Part shown: positions 1 to 13,651 of the stretch, one piece after another
Numbering within the stretch: the first letter of the stretch is position 1
Layout of the letters: the number at the start of each line of letters is the position of its first letter
Source of the DNA: Stegostoma tigrinum
Taxonomy: Eukaryota
Assembly (NCBI RefSeq): GCF_030684315.1
Contig: NC_081374.1
Coordinates: 31,036,630 to 31,100,629, forward strand
DNA: 64,000 bases
Direction: 5' to 3'
Translations under genes and position numbers: made by a program
Notes under the pieces: generated by a model
What the model was told of the DNA's origin: nothing
The model's input: only the letters and a program-made list of their open reading frames with translations
Databases searched by the model: none

Positions 1-2135
1 ATTTAACATCCTGGCGTCCACTGCACTCCGCGGCAATGAATTCCACAAGCCCACCACTCTCTGGCTGAAGAAATGTCTCCTCATTTCTATTTTAAATTTT
101 CCCCCTCTAATTCTAAGGCTGTGCCCACGGGTCCTAGTCTCCCCGTCTAACGGAAACAACTTCCTAGCGTCCACCCCTTCTAAACCATACATTATCGTGT
201 AAGATTCTATTAGATCTCTCCCAACCTTCTAAACTCTAATGAATACAATCCCAGGATCCTCAGCCATTCATTGCACATTAAACCTACCATTCCAGGGATC
301 ATCTGTGTGAATCTCCGCTGGACACGCTCCAGTGCCAGTATGTCCTTCCTGAGGTGTGGGGCCCAAAATTGGACACAGTATTCTAAATGGGGCCTAACTA
401 GAGCTTTATAAAGTCTCAGAAGCACATCGCTGCTTTTATATTCCGACCCACTTGAGATAAACGACAACATTAAATTTGCTTTCTTAATCACGGACTCTAC
501 CTGCAAGTTAACCTTTAGAGAATCCTGGACCCACATTCCCAAATCCCTTTGTACTTCTGCTTTATGAATTTTCTTACTGTTTAGAAAATAGTCTATGCGT
601 GTATTCTTTTTTTCCAAAGTGCAAAACCTCGCATTTACTCACGTTGAATTTCATCAGCCATTTCCTGGACCACTTTCCTAAACTGTCTAAATCTTTCTGC
701 AGCTTCCCCACCTCCTCAGTACTACCTGCCTGTCCACCTATCTTCGTATCATCGGCAGACTTCGCCAGAATGCCCCCAGTCCCTTTATCCAGATCATTAA
801 TATATAAAGTGAACATCTGCAGCCCCAACACTGAACCCGGTGGGACACCACTTGTCACTGGTTGCCATTCCGAAAAAGAGCCTTTTATCCAAACTCTCTG
901 CCTTCTGTCAGACAGCCAATCCTCAATCCAAGCCAGTAGCTCACCTCGAACACCATGGGCTCTCACCTTACTCAGCAGCCTCCCGTGAGACACGTTATCA
1001 AAGGCCATTTGGAAGTCTAGATAGATAGCATCCACTGGGTTTCCCTGGTCTAACCTACTTGTTACATCTTCAAAAAATTCTAACAGGTTTGTCAGGCACG
1101 ACCTCCCCTTACTAAATTCATGCTGACTTGTTCTAACCTGACCCTGCACTTCCAAGAATTTAGAAATCTCATCCTTAACAATGGATTCTAGAATTTTACC
1201 TACTACCAAGGTTAGGCTAATTGGCCTATAATTTTCCATCTTTTGTCTTGATCCTTTCTTAAACAATGGGGTTACAACAGCAATTTTCCAATCATCTGGG
1301 ACTTTTCCAGACTCCAGTGACTTTTGAAAGATCACAACCAAAGCCTCCGCTTTTCCTCAGCCACCTCCCTCAGAACTCTAGGATGTAGCCCATCAGGGCC
1401 AGGAGATTTATCAATTTTTAGACCTTTTAGCTTTTCTAGCACTTTCTGTTTTGTAATCCTACCATACTCAACTCTGCCCCCTGACTCTCCTTAATTGTTG
1501 GGATACTACTCATGTCTTCCACTGTGAAGAATGACCCAAAGTACTTATCAAGTTCTTCAGCTATTTCCTTATCTCCCATCACTAGCCTTCCAGCATCAAT
1601 TTGGAGCGGCCCAATATCTACTTTTGCCTCTCATTTGTTTCTTATGTATTGAAAGAAGCTTTTACTATCATTTCCAATATTACTAGCTAGCCTACCTTCA
1701 TATTTGATCCTCTCCTTCCTTATTGCTCTCTTTGTTATCCTCTGTTCGTTTTTGTAGCCTTCCCAATCTTCTGATTTCCCAGTGCTCTTGGCCACTTTAT
1801 AGGCTGTCTCTTTTTCTTTGATATATTTCCTGACTTCCTTTGTCAGCCATGGCTGTCTAATCCCACCCCGGATAATCTTTCTTTTCTTTGGGATGAAGCT
1901 CTGTACCGTGTCCTCATTTACACCCATAAACTCCTGCCATTGCTGTTCGACTGTCTTCCCCGCTAGGCTCTGCTTCCAGTCGATTTTCATCAACTCCTCT
2001 CTCATGCCCTTGTAATTGCCTTTATTTTACTATAACACCATTACATCCGATTTTGCCTTCTCTCGTTCAAACTGCAGACTGAACTCTACCATATTATGAT
2101 AGCTGCCTCCTAAGTGTTCCTTTACTTTGAGATCT
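1..2135 (-). mobile_element. CR1-clade LINE (HER1-like) ORF2 fragment, frameshifted; runs off the window start
   Basis: ORFs 1631-2005, 574-1341 and 210-617 carry CR1 motifs: PWLT, NYRPISLT, GRSCLTNLL, VDAIYLDF, SGVPPGSVLG, SADDTK (FADD variant) and LYKALVRPHLEYCVQFW. Confidence 0.93.
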
Positions 2136-3442
2136 TTGGACACTTTCCACACGGAGACAATCACCCAACTCATGGAGTGGTACAGGGTGTACTTCAGGGT
2201 CCCTTGCTTTCTGTCTTAGTGCTCAACCACTGTGCATCAACTTTGCTCACAGCATCCCCACCCTGCCTTGTCCTTTTGTGTTTTGTCTTCCTTGTTCAGA
2301 CATTAAAGATTCACCGTACTTTTACCTTTACTTGCTGTTTGATGCAGACACAAAGTCAGGCAGTTTGTCATTGTTGCCAGCAGTGATCTATCAAGGGCGT
2401 GGGTATGTCAATTTTTGGTACCATGTTGCATTATAGTTGTACTTGCACGATGTACCAGCAACGGACATGGCTAATGCACTGCAAGTGCTTCAACCAAAGG
2501 ATTATGTCTCAAATCTTCAGTCAAGTCAAGAAAGATAATCTTCAGTCAGGGTATCTAGCACAGAAAGTCAAGGGCAACATCTGATATTTTATAAAAGCTT
2601 GGACACAGCTTAGGCTTTTAGGGTTACTGGGTTTGTATCACTAGGCTAGTGAATTGGATTAGCCAACTAGGGAGCTACACGGATCAGCCAGGGGTCGCTT
2701 AATGTCAAGAGATTATCTGAGCCACTGCTGTGGTAGAGAAGTTGGGTAAGTCAGTTATCTAGATTAGGGGCAGCATGTTCAGCTACAGAGGTGACAATAA
2801 TTGTGAAGGTTGGGGAAGGACAACTCAACATATGAGGGAGAAAACAATAGTGGATAGGAGAACATGGATTACAGTGGGGGAGTGGGAACTCATTAATGGT
2901 CATAACCGCTCTGGCTTTGATGTGAGCCAGTAGACTACAATGGTTGGTATGTCTAAGTAGGACTGAAAGCAGGGTAATGGTTGTAAGATAAAATGGTAAA
3001 TGAAAGAGGCGCATGGGAACTTCTGGAAATGTAGTACTGATGGACTCGACAGGTACTGACAGCAGTACAACAACAAGGTGATTTTGGGTGCGGTGGGTTG
3101 TAGGGCAAGCATTTGATTAGCAGGCTAAGCCTGGGACTCACTGTGCCAAGCATGACCTGCACAGCTTGTAAATGCACATTGAGAAATGGAAAATGACTAC
3201 AACTACACAGAGTGACCAGAATGTGTTTTTTTCCTGTCTGAGAATGCGGACTCTATTTGTAAGTTAAGTGAGGCTGGACTCAAAATGTTAACTCTGTTTT
3301 TCTCTCCACAGATGTTACAACATTTTTCTTTGCCTTCAAGGGACAATTGCATTAATTATGCACTTACACAGTACGAGTTGAAGTTATCTATAATCATTGT
3401 ACTCTGCATAAAAAATGCATGCAGTGTCTATTCCAAATCGTG

Positions 3443-4239
3443 ATATTGAGGTGCCAGTGTTGGACTGGGGTGGACAAGGCCAGAATTTACATGACACCAA
3501 GTTATTGTCCAACAGGTTTATTTGAAATCACAACTTTTTTTTCCACACTGCTCCTTCGTCAGGTGAAGTGAAAAAAAGCACGCAGGCAGAGAATGTGTAG
3601 GCAGAGAGATCAAAAGATCATACAAATGGTGTGAATGGAATTACTGAGCAGAAACTGACAGCCAAGCTGCGAACCCATGAAGACAACCATGATCTTTGAT
3701 TCATGCTGTGCTACATGTGATCCCACCATACTATTCTGTATTTGTAAAATCTTGCTTACCGTCCTGTTTTAACAGCATCACCTTGATAAGTTGTTATGAT
3801 CTCGCTACCTTAATTAGGTTCAACAGTTTTGAATTACTTGTTACCTTGATTAGATCCTTGCCATGCAACTCTTATACTTATCATGTAATTCCAGCCATTT
3901 GGTTTGTCTCCAGCATGACCTTATTTTTAATTTGTTGAAATTATCTCTCTGCCTCAATTAGTTGGGTTATAGGTCATCTCCTTCATTTACTTTTCAGCTG
4001 TTGATACTTTACTCATACAGCTTGACACTTTTGATCACCTGCAGAGACTTATTATTCAATACTCCACTCATGCCATTTGTATGACCTTTTGATCTCTCTG
4101 CCCAATGATTTCACTGCCTATAAATTCTGTGCCTGTAAACTATTCTTCACTTCATCTGATGAAGGGGCAGCACTTTGAAAGCTTTTGATTTCAAATAAAC
4201 CTGTTGGACTATAACCTGGTGTCACGTGACTTCTGACCT
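3443..4239. mobile_element. Penelope-like element family C, asymmetric inverted (palindromic) insertion
   Basis: Left ~200 bp is the reverse complement of the right end. TSD tattccaaatc(g/a)tg at 3429-3442 and 4240-4253. The left arm has a 33-nt extra tail. 3645-3720 reads as a decayed GIY-YIG C-terminus (EQKLTAKLRTHED). Confidence 0.75.
4156..4185 (+). ncRNA. Minimal hammerhead ribozyme motif (PLE family C)
   Basis: CTGATGA-aggggcagcacttt-GAAA-gctt. Core boxes present, with a palindromic AAGCTT in place of helix III; helix II is decayed. Confidence 0.55.
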
Positions 4240-4918
4240 TATTCCAAATCATGGCCACAAGCAATCTTTCCCATGTCATTGGTAATTGCTCTGCACAAAT
4301 GAAACAGGTAAAGAGGGGATATATTGGACACTGAAAATCTGGGAGAACATCGGTAGGTGAGGACATTGAGTGGGGACAAATGTTACCTTCAGTATAACAG
4401 AGTGCTGCAATGTAGACAGATGGGACTGAATTGACATCCACTTTCAACAGATGTATGTTGGATTGTTCATTAACTCTAAGTCTGTTGTTGATCATGTCTT
4501 TTCCCTGAAGCAAGTGCAACTTTTCTCTGTTTCTTTGTTTTTCTTGTTGACGAATAAAAGTGTATGTTTCCAACCATTTGAAGACTTTTCACACTGCCAC
4601 GGTCCTGTGTTAAATAATGAGAAATGTTAAGCTATACTGGGCTTTAAGGGAAAAAATTGCACTCCCTTGGACAGGGCTCTAAGATGGGAAGATGCTTAGG
4701 ACAAGTAATCTATGTTGCTTGGTGATAATGTGATGATGTGAAGGAACAATGTATTGACAAATGTGTTTGCGGTGAAGTCTCAACCATGCTACCTACTGGG
4801 TCTGCAGAAGTGTTTCCTTTTCATTCTCTTACCAATAAATGGCCAGTGACACCCACACACTGTGAGTGAATTTTGAAAAAACACAAGCAATGTGAAGGGC
4901 AACTCCTGGCTGGCTATG

Positions 4919-6026
4919 ATAATAAAATGTGAGGCTGGATGAACACAGCAGGCCAAGCAGCATCTCAGGAGCACAAAAGCTGACGTTTCGGGCCTAGACC
5001 CTTCATCAGAGAGGGGGATGGGGGGAGAGAACTGGAATAAATAGGGAGAGAGGGGGAGGCGGACCGAAGATGGAGAGTAAAGAAGATAGGTGGAGAGGGT
5101 GTAGGTGGGGAGGTAGGGAGGGGATAGGTCAGTCCAGGGAAGACGGACAGGTCAAGGAGGTGGGATGAGGTTAGTAGGTAGCTGGGGGTGCGGCTTGGGG
5201 TGGGAGGAAGGGATGGGTGAGAGGAAGAACCGGTTAGGGAGGCAGAGACAGGTTGGACTGGTTTTGGGATGCAGTGGGTGGGGGGGAAGAGCTGGGCTGG
5301 TTGTGTGGTGCAGTGGGGGGAGGGGATGAACTGGGCTGGTTTAGGGATGCAGTGGGGGAAGGGGAGATTTTGAAACTGGTGAAGTCCACATTGATACCAT
5401 ATGGCTGCAGGGTTCCCAGGCGGAATATGAGTTGCTGTTCCTGCAACCTTCGGGTGGCATCAAGGTTGCAGGAACAGCAACTCATATTCCGCCTGGGAAC
5501 CCTGCAGCCATATGGTATCAATGTGGACTTCACCAGTTTCAAAATCTCCCCTTCCCCCACTGCATCCCTAAACCAGCCCAGTTCATCCCCTCCCCCCACT
5601 GCACCACACAACCAGCCCAGCTCTTCCCCCCCACCCACTGCATCCCAAAACCAGTCCAACCTGTCTCTGCCTCCCTAACCGGTTCTTCCTCTCACCCATC
5701 CCTTCCTCCCACCCCAAGCCGCACCCCCAGCTACCTACTAACCTCATCCCACCTCCTTGACCTGTCCGTCTTCCCTGGACTGACCTATCCCCTCCCTACC
5801 TCCCCACCTACACCCTCTCCACCTATCTTCTTTACTCTCCATCTTCGGTCCGCCTCCCCCTCTCTCCCTATTTATTCCAGTTCCCTCCCCCCATCCCCCT
5901 CTCTGATGAAGGGTCTAGGCCCGAAACGTCAGCTTTTGTGCTCCTGAGATGCTGCTTGGCCTGCTGTGTTCATCCAGCCTCACATTTTATTATCTTGGAA
6001 TCTCCAGCATCTGCAGTTCCCATTAT
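4919..6026. mobile_element. Neptune-type PLE family A, near-perfect palindromic insertion (~530 bp arms)
   Basis: Arms are reverse complements around the spacer cgggtggcatc (~5451-5461), which gives mirror ORFs 5234-5659 and 5253-5678. TSD ctcctggctggctatg at 4903-4918 and 6027-6042. 35-nt tail on the right arm only. Confidence 0.93.
5903..5930 (+). ncRNA. Minimal hammerhead ribozyme motif (family A); mirror copy on - strand at 4982-5009
   Basis: CTGATGA-A-GGGT(CTAG)GCCC-GAAAC-GTC: intact core, helix II and GUC cleavage triplet. Confidence 0.75.
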
Positions 6027-6104
6027 CTCCTGGCTGGCTATGTTTGAGCTGATGCCCAGTTGAGCTTTAAAAATTGTGCTGGCTTGATTGATCAAACTAC
6101 CAGT

Positions 6105-6592
6105 TTTGAGGTTGTGGACTTGTTTGCCGAGCCAGTGTGTTTCAGTGCAGATGTTTCATAACCCTGCTGGGTAACATCATCAGTGCGCGTCCAGTGAAGC
6201 GTTGGTGTTCTGTCCTGCTTGTTATTTATCTACTTCGGTTTTCTGGGGTGGTTGGCATCACTTCTGGTTTTGTCTTTCAGTGGTTTGCATATCGGATACA
6301 GTTCTGTCTGTCTGTTGATGGAGTTCCAGATGGAATGCCAGGCCTCTAGGAATTCCCTGGCATGTTTCAGCTTGGCTTATGCTATTTCTGGCTGTGTTGT
6401 CCCAACCGAATTCGTGTCCCTCTATGTCCATGGGTCTTGAGACTAGCGAGAATTTGTCATGTCTCTTGGTAGCTAGTTGATGTTTGTGTATCTTTATTGT
6501 GGGTTTTCTTCCATTTTTGCCCATGTAATGTTTCTCACAGTCCTTGCATGGTATTTTGTATATTATGTTGGTTTTATTGGGAGTGGGCATGG
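6105..6592 (-). mobile_element. Poseidon-type PLE (family D) 3' fragment with decayed GIY-YIG endonuclease
   Basis: ORF 6258-6590 reads NIIYKIPCKDCEKHYMG..GRK..IKIH.H. Hammerhead motif CTGATGA-tgttacccagcagggttat-GAAAC-ATC on the - strand at 6150-6183. Confidence 0.8.
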
Positions 6593-8479
6593 GATCATTT
6601 ACGTTTCAATTTACACCCTTTCTGGCTGTCTGCAGTGTCTTAATAATGGTTGAGAGATCTTCTATTTCCCAAGTTACCAACGAAAACACTGCAAAGGAAC
6701 ATTGATATAAGAAATGAGCACAGAAGTAGATGCTTATGACAATTGTGACTTATTCCTATTATCACTTGCAGAGATGGAACTGAATTACACATTTCTTTTC
6801 TGGATTTAGTATTGATGCTCAGGTAGAATTCTTTGGAACAGGGCATCATACAATTTGTCTAATTATTTAGGTTATTTTCTGCACCCTTCAGTTTAAAATG
6901 TTTTGCTCTGAAAAGGGTGACCTGATAAGAGGACAACAGGGTATCTGGGTTCTTGGTGAATTATTGTATCAAAAGCATATTCCCTAAACCCGTGAGATTC
7001 ACAGATTGGGATGCAGAAAATACTGAGAAAGAGACTGAAATAAATGGGCGAAGTGTGGTCAAATCAGATACTGTGAAAGAAACTGACAGAATAAAAGATT
7101 GGATTAAGAGAAAGTGAAAAAGGAACAAAGGAAAAGTTTTGTCATCTTAAGAAGGATACTTATGATAAATAATTATAAAGTGTAAGATTCTGTCGTAAAA
7201 TTTTCTGGAATTAACATGCAAATGCAGCAACTTTATGAAACATAGCGAAATTGAGTGTGTTGCTATATTATAAAGCTAAAAGTCAGCCAATAATTTGTAG
7301 CCAAATTGAATTGATGGGGTATCTTTTTCACCTCACAAATTTTTATATTCTAAACAGAATGCATCATTATTTTTGCCCCTATATTTCCAGTAAATGCTGG
7401 CTCATTATAATGCAGTGAGGCTAAAAGCATAAAGCTAGACTGAATGAAGTAGCAAGGATGATGGAACAAGAACTGTTGAATTGTCGATGTATTTGGAGAC
7501 GTGAGTGATCATCTCTTGGATGGATTTGTCTAATCCAGGGTCCATCAGCCAGGGGCACTAATAGTCAATATTGTTCAGCTCTCTTTTCTTTTTATACTTC
7601 ATCCTATCATTCTTCTTCCAGCTGTTATTTTAAGACCAGCAGATATTAGTAACAGCTGGTCAGTCATGATAGCAACGTCATATAAAATGCAGAAAGCAAC
7701 AACAAATCTGGAAACATGGCTTGGCCAGCACCACAAAATTTGTCCTCAGTGGTTCAGGAAATGGATGTATTATTTGAATATTAACTGTCTTCTCAATGAC
7801 GCTTTCATTGCTGTGCCCAGGTTCTGAACAGGAGTCATGAACTATGCCACCCATGTATCCAATCCGTGACTCGATTGCCCAGTTGGAATAAAAGTGGCAT
7901 GAGGATGAAGGAATTGTGATTTGAGACTTGCGTTATGGCTGAAAAGCCTCTTCATTAGGCAAGGGCACCTTAGGTAAATGAGTGGTGGAGTCCATGAGCC
8001 AAGAAGTTCAGGTATAAGAAGTGCTGTCCTAAGAATAGATGTAAGTCCAAACTCACCACAGCCTAACTACCCAGCACTGCAGTTAATCTGTTTTGAAAGC
8101 AGCAAAAAGCAGTTTAGAACTGTAAAAATTAATCATATATCAGTGTTGAATAGATTAATAATTGGCCATAGGTTAGCCTATACCCTAAAAGGAAGATCAG
8201 CAACTTACCTGTATGTAAGAGGTATTTAATTGAGGTGTCCGTGCTACTGATTACCACAAATTCTGAATGTGTTTGTCCCTGAGAGTTCACCCAATTTCAT
8301 GCATGATGTCATAAACAGCAGACGAGGCTTTCTGAAATACCACAGTAAGCATCTTGAATCATTCCTAAGGACATCTGAAAAGATACTAAATCCAAAAAGC
8401 CTGTCAAAACCATCATATTGGAAGCTTAGGTATTCCTTTTTTTATCCATTAAAATGACCAAGGTAACACAAATTTCAAG

Positions 8480-9277
8480 CCCAACATTCATATGAACATG
8501 AAGTATAACATTATGTACTTTGGTGTGAAGTAGCGAGGCATAGATTAGTTTCTAGATGGGGAAATGCTTCAGAAATCTGAAGCACAAACAGTCTTAAGAG
8601 TCCTAGTTTAGGATTCTTTTCAGGTCAACATGCAAGTTCAGTTGGCAGTTAGGAGGGCAAATACAATGTTAGCATTCATTTCAAGAGGGCAAGAATACGT
8701 ATGCAAAGATATACTGCTGAGGCTGTATAAGGGCCTGGTCAGGCTGCTCTTGGAATATTGTGAGCAATTTTCGGCCTAAGGTAAGATGTGCTGTACTGGA
8801 GAGGTCTGGAGGAGGTTTACAAGGATGATCCTGGGATGCAGGGCTTGTCATATGATGAGCCGTTGCGGACTCTGGGTCTATTCTGGGAGTTTCGAAGGAT
8901 GAGGGTGAACTTGATTGAAACTTACCGAGCACTGAGAGACCTGGATAGTGTGGCTTTGAAGAAAGTATTTCCACGAGTAGCAGATACTAGCACCCATGGG
9001 TACAGCCTCTTAGTGAAGGGGTAACCCTTTTGAACTGAAATGAGAAGGAATTTCTTTAGCCAGAGAGTGGTTAATTTATGGAACTTATTGACACAGAGGC
9101 CATGTCACTGTGTGTATTTAAGAAAAAGATAGACAGGTTCTTGATTAGTAAGGGGATTAAGGGTCATGGGGAGAAGGCAGGAGAATGGAGTTGATAAATA
9201 TACCAGCCACGATTGAATGGCAGAGCAAACTTGATGGGCCAAATGGTCTAATTCTGCAGCTATATCTTATGGTCTAA
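8480..9277 (+). mobile_element. CR1 LINE 3' fragment, degenerate
   Basis: Matches the CR1 ORF2 C-terminus (LLRLYKGLVR, RRMRVNLIETYR). Ends in a CR1-type 3' tail (ggtctaattctgcagctatatcttatggtct). Confidence 0.85.
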
Positions 9278-9781
9278 CTGTCGACACACACATACACACA
9301 AATGTCTGGCTTTTGATCTTGAATCAATCCACCAAATAGTGTTGACAATGGCTCAGGGAAATTGACTTTCAGATTGCGTTGTTTCAAAATTTCCAGAAAA
9401 CAGCCTGAAAACAGGATGTCTCTTTCTACCAAAACTCCATTTTTTCCAAACTCGTTTCTGTGACTTAATGCAGCTTAGCCACAAACTCGGACTGAGGCCA
9501 TAGTTCCATGTCTCACCAGCAGGAATTTTAAATGAGCATCTTCTGGAATTGAAACATTCATCTCCCTCTTGTGATCAAATATAGAGGCAGAAAATAGATA
9601 CATACCAATGACATTATTGACTTAGGCTTACAGATTTCCTTTCTGTTCAATTGAAATCTGAATTGATGTTTCAATTTTATTAGTTGTCCTTAAAACAAAG
9701 ACACACGTGTAATTTTTTAATAATTATTACCACTGGGAACTGGTTTATTTTCAGATATCAAATCAGCAGGCATGTTATGTA

Positions 9782-10958
9782 TATAGTGTGAATCTTGATG
9801 AACACAGCAAGCCAAGTAGCATCTTAGGAGCACAAAAACTGACGTTTTGGGCCTAGACCCGTCATCAGAGAGGGGGATGGGAAGAGTGTTCTGAAATAAA
9901 TAGGGAGAGAGGGGCAGGCAGACCGAAGATGGGTAGAGGAGAAGTTAGGTGGAGAGGATACCGGTGGGGAGGTAGGGAGGGGATAGGTCAGTCCAGGGAG
10001 GACAGACAGGTCAAGAAGGTGGAATGGGTTTAGTAGGTGGGAAGTGGAGGTGCAGTTTGAGGTGGGAGGAGGGGATAGCTGAGAGGAAGAACAGGTTAGG
10101 GAGGTGAGGATGAGCTGGGCTGGTTTTGGGATGCAGTGGGGAAAGGGGGAGATTTTGAAGCTGGTGAAGTCCACATTGATACCATTGGGGTGCAGGGTTC
10201 CCAAGCAGAATATGAGTTGCTGTTCCTGCAACCTTAGGGTGGCATCATTGTGGCACTGCAGGAGGCCCATGATGGACATGTCGTCTAAGGAATGGGAGGG
10301 GGAAGTTAAAATGGTTCGCAACTGGGAGATGCAGTTGTTTGTTACGAACCGAGCAGAGGTGTTCTGCAAAGTGGTCCCCAAGCCTCCCTCCACCTTGGTT
10401 CATAATAAACAACTGCACCTCCCAGTCGCAAACCATTTTAACTCCCCCTCCTTAGACGACATGTCCATCATGGGCCTCCTGCAGTGCCACAATAATGCCA
10501 CCCAAAGGTTGAAGGAACAGCAATTCATATTCCGCTTGGGAACCCTGCAGCCCAATGGTATCAGTATGGACTTCACCAGCTTCAAAAGCTACATCCCCAA
10601 ACCAGCCCAGCTCGTCCCCAATTCCCTAACCTGTTCTTCCTCTCACCTATCCTGTCCTCCCACCTACTAACCTCATCCCACCTCCTTGACCTGTCCATCC
10701 TCCCTGGACTGACCTATTCCCCCCCCCCTACCTCCACACCTATACTCTCCTGTCCACCTATCTTCTCCTCTATCCATCTGCAGCCTGCCTCCCCCTCTCT
10801 CCCTATTTACTTCAGAACCCTCTCCCCATCCCCCTCTCTGATGAAGGCCCAAAACATCAGCTTTTGTGCTCCAAAGATGCTGCTTAGCCTGCTGTGTTCA
10901 TCCAGCTTCACACTTTGTTATCTTGGATTCTCCAGCATCTGCAGTTCCCCTTTTCTCT
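9782..10958. mobile_element. Older family A-related PLE palindromic insertion
   Basis: Diverged inverted arms meet near 10360-10395, with GIY-YIG C-terminal peptides on both strands. Tail on the right arm. Decayed hammerhead motifs near 9841-9868 (-) and 10838-10858 (+). TSD not resolved. Confidence 0.85.
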
Positions 10959-11199
10959 TATATATTATAGTCATGTCTGGTGGAATCATCTGACATGCCT
11001 TGGGTTGATTCACGAACACCAATCCTTCTTATTGGCATTAGTTTAACTAATTGATTTCAGGTGGAGAAGATACAGAGTTCCCTTACATATTCTTTGACAG
11101 AAATGAAGTTTAGTCTTGTTAAACAAAATAGGTTTATCACATAATAGTTACATTATATCTGAATTACATAAGAGTACTTTGTAGGGCCTTAAGCGATCC

Positions 11200-11522
11200 T
11201 GGGAAGGCAATGGCCCAGTGGTATTATCACTAGACTATTAATATGGAGATCCAGGTAATGTTCTAGAGACCTGCATTCGAATCACATCATTGCAAATGGT
11301 GAAATTTGAATTCAATAATGACCTAGAATTAAGGGTCTAATGATGACAATGAAGCAGTGTTGATTGTTAAGAAAAATTGATATGGTTCACTCGGAAAGGA
11401 AATCTACCATCTGTGTGACTCCAGATCCACAGCAATTTGGTTGACTCTTAGCTGCTCTCTGACCAATTAAGGATTGGCAATAAATGCTGACCTCAAAAGC
11501 AATGCCCACATCCTGTGAATTA
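11200..11522 (+). mobile_element. tRNA-headed SINE, DeuSINE/SacSINE1-like
   Basis: tRNA-like head (ggcccagtggta...ttcgaatc) and a central domain. The 3' tail ggcaataaatgctg...gcccacatcctgtgaat is shared with the LINE end at 63280-63330. Confidence 0.55.
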
Positions 11523-12299
11523 TTGTTTTTTAAAACACTTAAATAAGTCTGAATTGCTGTTACCAACTTGGCACTGAGCAGGAATAGAACCACCTTACTG
11601 GTTAGCTCTTCCCAGAAGTAGTCCTTTCATATCCTGATGGGTGGAACTCATCACATGATAGTTTAGTTAACCCTTTCAGGTAATAGCTGCCTTATAAAAC
11701 AAAGATCACATGGCTACGTTTGTTCCCAGGCACATGGTGTATACCAATATTCTTGATGACTTTAGAGAGAAGTAAGCACTGCAGGAGATAGAGTGCTTTA
11801 TTACCCCTTCCAACTTCATTTTCATTTAACTCCTTTCCCTCTCCCTCACCTTTGATGGTTTGCATTGCGCTTAACAGGCATTGCACACAAATTATTCAAT
11901 TGGAAACATGGATGATTTACTGGTGTTAGTGAACAGATGGATAAAAATATGACAGTGGAGTAAATACTAGAATCTATTATTAAGGATGTAATTACTGGGT
12001 AATTAGAAAATAATTGTGTGATTAGTCAACGTGGATTTATGAAAAGTGAGTTATATTTGACAATGGTAGACATTTTTGTGGGTGTGACTAACAAAATTGA
12101 TAAGAAGGAACCAGTGTATGTGCTGCATTTGGATTTTGAGTTTGCTCTTGATGAAGTCCTATATAGGAGGCTGGGACCAAAACTAAAACACAGGGAATGG
12201 GCCAAATATACTAGCATGGATGCAGGATTGGTTAATGGGAAAAATGCGGAGATTAGGAATAAATGTGTCATTTTCAGGTCAGCAGGCTGTACCAGTTGC

Positions 12300-12525
12300 A
12301 ATTGTTGACTTGCTTGCTGAGCTGGTAAGTTTGTTTGCAAACATTTTGTTGCCACACTAGATAATATCATCAGTGCACCTCCAGTGAAGCGTCGGTGTTC
12401 TGCCCCGCTTGCTATTTATGTGTCTCTGTTTGCTGGGTTGGTTGGCATCACTTCCAGATTTGTTGCTAAGTTGTTGGTAATTTGCGTCCGGCTCTACATG
12501 TTTGTTAATGGAGTTCCGGTTTGAG
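12300..12525 (-). mobile_element. Family D (Poseidon-type) PLE 3' end
   Basis: Visibly homologous to 6110-6330 (atcatcagtgc.cctccagtgaagcg..ggtgttctg). Confidence 0.75.
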
Positions 12526-12529
12526 GTTT

Positions 12530-12652
12530 GAAGTGAAGTTCACCTCACCTGACAAAGGAGCAGTGCTCAGAAAGCTTGTGATTTCAAATATAACCTGGTG
12601 TTATGTGACTTCTAACTTTGTCCACCCCAGTCCAATATTGCCACCTCAATAT
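12530..12652 (+). mobile_element. Family C PLE 3' end including tail
   Basis: ctgacaaaggagcagtgctcagaaagcttgtgatttcaaat...gtccaccccagtccaa matches 4150-4240 and the reverse complement of 3443-3560. Confidence 0.75.
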
Positions 12653-13651
12653 TTGTGTTGAAAGGGACCTGGGTGTCTGTTTGTTAGTATCTGAGATCTA
12701 AAAAGTAAGTGCAGCAAGCAATTTGTAAAGTAAGTGGGATGTTGACCTTTATTGCCAGAGGAATTGAGTACAGGAATGAAGAAGTCCATCTTCAATTGTA
12801 TGGAATACTCGTGAAACCACACCTGTAGTATTGTAAGCTTTTCTGCTTCCCTTACCATGGAGGAAGTGCAGCAGCAGCTCACCAGGCTGATTCCTGGGGT
12901 TGTGGGACTGTACTAAGAGGTGAGATTGGGAAAATTGCACCTGTATCCTCTGAAGTTTAAAAGAATGAATGGCTATTTCATAGAAATTCTCAAAATTCTT
13001 AGACAAATAGACAGTTTAGATGCAGAAAGGTCAATTTCCCCACCTCTGACACCCAGCAACACAGATTCAATAAAAAGAACAAGCCATTTAATACTAAGCT
13101 GAGGAGTTTTTTTATCACTCAGAGGGTGGTGAATCTTTGAAATTCTCAATCTCAAATGACAATGGGTGCTTAGATATTAAGTAAGTTCAAGACAAAGAAT
13201 GATAGATTTCGAGATACTAACAACTCCAATGGATCCAGGGATAATGTGGGCACATGGCGTTGATGTAGATGATGAGCCCTGAGCTGGATTGGTTCGAGGG
13301 GTTGAATGGCCCATTCCTGCTCTTATGTTCCTTTGTCCCATGTTCTGTGCAGCCAGTCATTCCATCCTTTTATCAGCTTACAAAATTGAAAAGCCAGGAA
13401 GTTATGCAAAATCATATCAACCTTTGCTAGATCGAGAGAACATTGGGCAACTTTTGTTTTCTATATTATTAAAAATGAGAGAAAGGTTGTTAAGTCGGGG
13501 GAAGGGAAGTTTGAAGGATGATGTATAAAATAATTGCTTTGAAAGGGTTAATGTTGGAGATTGTTACACTCCACCCAATTTGATGATGTCAGAATCTTTG
13601 GCTAAAGAAGCAGTCTAGCATGAGCTCCCAATGGATACCGATGTGTCTTTG

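Larger units (their letters stand above)
11950..13330 (+). mobile_element. Degenerate CR1 LINE interrupted by PLE fragments at ~12300-12652
   Basis: RT motifs (SQRGFMK, VYVLHLDF) on the left; RDLGV-like segment and CR1 3' tail on the right. Confidence 0.75.

Noticed and set aside
2140-3180. Short ORFs next to the first CR1
   Set aside because: No recognisable motifs; probably very decayed repeat sequence that I cannot classify.
5234-5947. Mirror-image 141-aa ORFs and a Pro/Ser-rich 171-aa ORF
   Set aside because: By-products of the palindrome: antisense plus sense PLE sequence read through the centre. Not host genes.
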